A stretch of DNA of 63,546 nucleotides, counting the filler, from Octopus bimaculoides (taxonomy: Eukaryota), in assembly GCF_001194135.2 (NCBI RefSeq). It is 4 parts of 4 records of this genome, joined end to end, with 100 filler letters (N's around TTAATTAATTAA, not from the genome) between each part and the next. Parts side by side here need not be neighbours in the genome. Positions count along the whole stretch, not along the records: positions 60,758 to 63,546 come from NC_068989.1; 3 more parts are not named here. The stretch is one strand, 5' to 3'. Both the position numbers and the translations under genes were made by a program. Shown here piece after piece: positions 62,296-63,546 of this stretch. The notes under the pieces were generated by a model. It had not been told where the DNA came from. It searched no databases and was given only the letters and a program-made list of their open reading frames with translations. Position 1 is the first letter of the stretch, and each line of letters starts with the position of its first letter.

Positions 62296-62547
62296 ATATA
62301 TCTAAAGACCGGGCATAGCTATCTATCTATATATTTATCTATTTATCTATCTATATATATATATATATACAGAGATAGAAAGAGAGAGAGAGAGAGAGAG
62401 AGAAACACAGTTATATGACATACCTTACAACATAAATGGCAATTAAGACTAGCTATAAAGACAGAGAGATAATCTCAGGAATGTACAACTCTCTAAAGTT
62501 GATTACAGTTAAGAAAAAAGGATAGGCTTATTTTCTGGATATAAGGA

Positions 62548-62600
62548 CAGTTGTGGACGCGTGTTTCTGCCTCAAGAGGCATCATCAACACACCAACTAC
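62548..62600 (-). ncRNA. Minimal type-I hammerhead-ribozyme-like motif (Penelope type)
   Basis: The minus strand reads gtagttggtgtg-TTGATGA-tgcctc-tt-gaggca-GAAA-c-acgc-g-TC-cacaact. It has helix II, palindromic ACGCGT in helix III, a GUC site and helix I tgtg/caca. Confidence 0.55.
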
Positions 62601-63546
62601 ACTTTATCTCCATAAGCTAAGGGTCTCAGGTTTATAGAAAAGAGTAGAACACATTTACAGCCTAAGTATTTTGCATAATTTCAGGAAAAATGAGCTAAAA
62701 CTTAACCCACACTAACCTGTGAAATATAAATTCAAACATACACATGCACACGTACACTTTCATCCCACGAGGCGTCAAAGAATCATCTTTCAAGCAGTCT
62801 TGGTGGGAGTTACCAATTACTCGGCTTTATGTTCCCAACAATTTATATTCAGCTATATGCTCCCAGCAATTTATACTCGGCTATATGTTCCCAAGCGATC
62901 AAGAGTGATTTGATACATTGATACGTATGAATGTCTGTGTTTATGTTTACAGCTTAAAAATCTGTGCAGCTTATGTAAATACCTGTTTGTGTCCGTAACA
63001 TAGAGGTTCGATCGATGGAGAGCATTGAAAGAAATACTAAATTCAATTGAGTACAGAGTCAATATAACCATCGAAACCTTTTTGAGGCAGTGTTCCAACA
63101 TGGCCGCAGTTGAATAACTGAAACTGAAAAAATAAAAGTGTCTCTGTTTACATAGCCTATGTTAACGCAATATAGTGGGATACATATTTTAATGCCTACG
63201 CATTAATATACCTAAAACAGATTCACAATGTATTAATACGCCTCAGATTGACAATGTTATCATGTGTTCTTTAAGTACCTCAAGCAAGCTGTTATGGTTT
63301 TATAGTGCCAAAGATCCTTGTCTCAGAGTGAGAAGAAAAAAACAAAAACAGAATCTATATTGATATATTTTATTTTCGCGTTTTCCATCCGTTTTAATCT
63401 TCACTTACGTATAGGTAGTAGCCTGATAGTTCATAGAAAACAATAGATTATACATAGAGAAAACACAGAGACGAACATCTTAGCATTTAGACTCGATTAA
63501 CAGAAACAGATTTGCTTTTCACACACACGCACGCACGCGTGTATAT

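Overview
AT-rich, microsatellite- and SINE-dense, gapped animal genomic DNA. The repeat repertoire looks like Octopus (cephalopod), but this is inferred and not verified. The only well-supported gene is a minus-strand transmembrane mucin. It has a 5.4-kb Pro/Thr/Ser exon (15681-10283) and a SEA domain split over three exons whose splice phases match (10283 / 7580-7516 / 5827-5667), with an intact F-S-Q-G^S-V-V-V autoproteolysis motif. The transmembrane exon lies mostly in an N-gap (visible end 3649-3625), followed by a Tyr-containing cytoplasmic exon (1332-1045). A split signal peptide (25440-25406 + 20350-20268) is a plausible but unproven 5' end, and the last exon was not found. The rest is intronic or intergenic. 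It holds several tRNA-derived SINE families, RTE, Penelope and restriction-like-endonuclease LINE remnants, hAT and piggyBac-type MITEs with intact target-site duplications, two long palindromes, Penelope-type minimal hammerhead-ribozyme-like motifs, many simple repeats, and three artificial 100-bp scaffold-join spacers. No tRNA, rRNA or CRISPR features were found. Most ORFs in the supplied track are microsatellite, SINE or gap artefacts.
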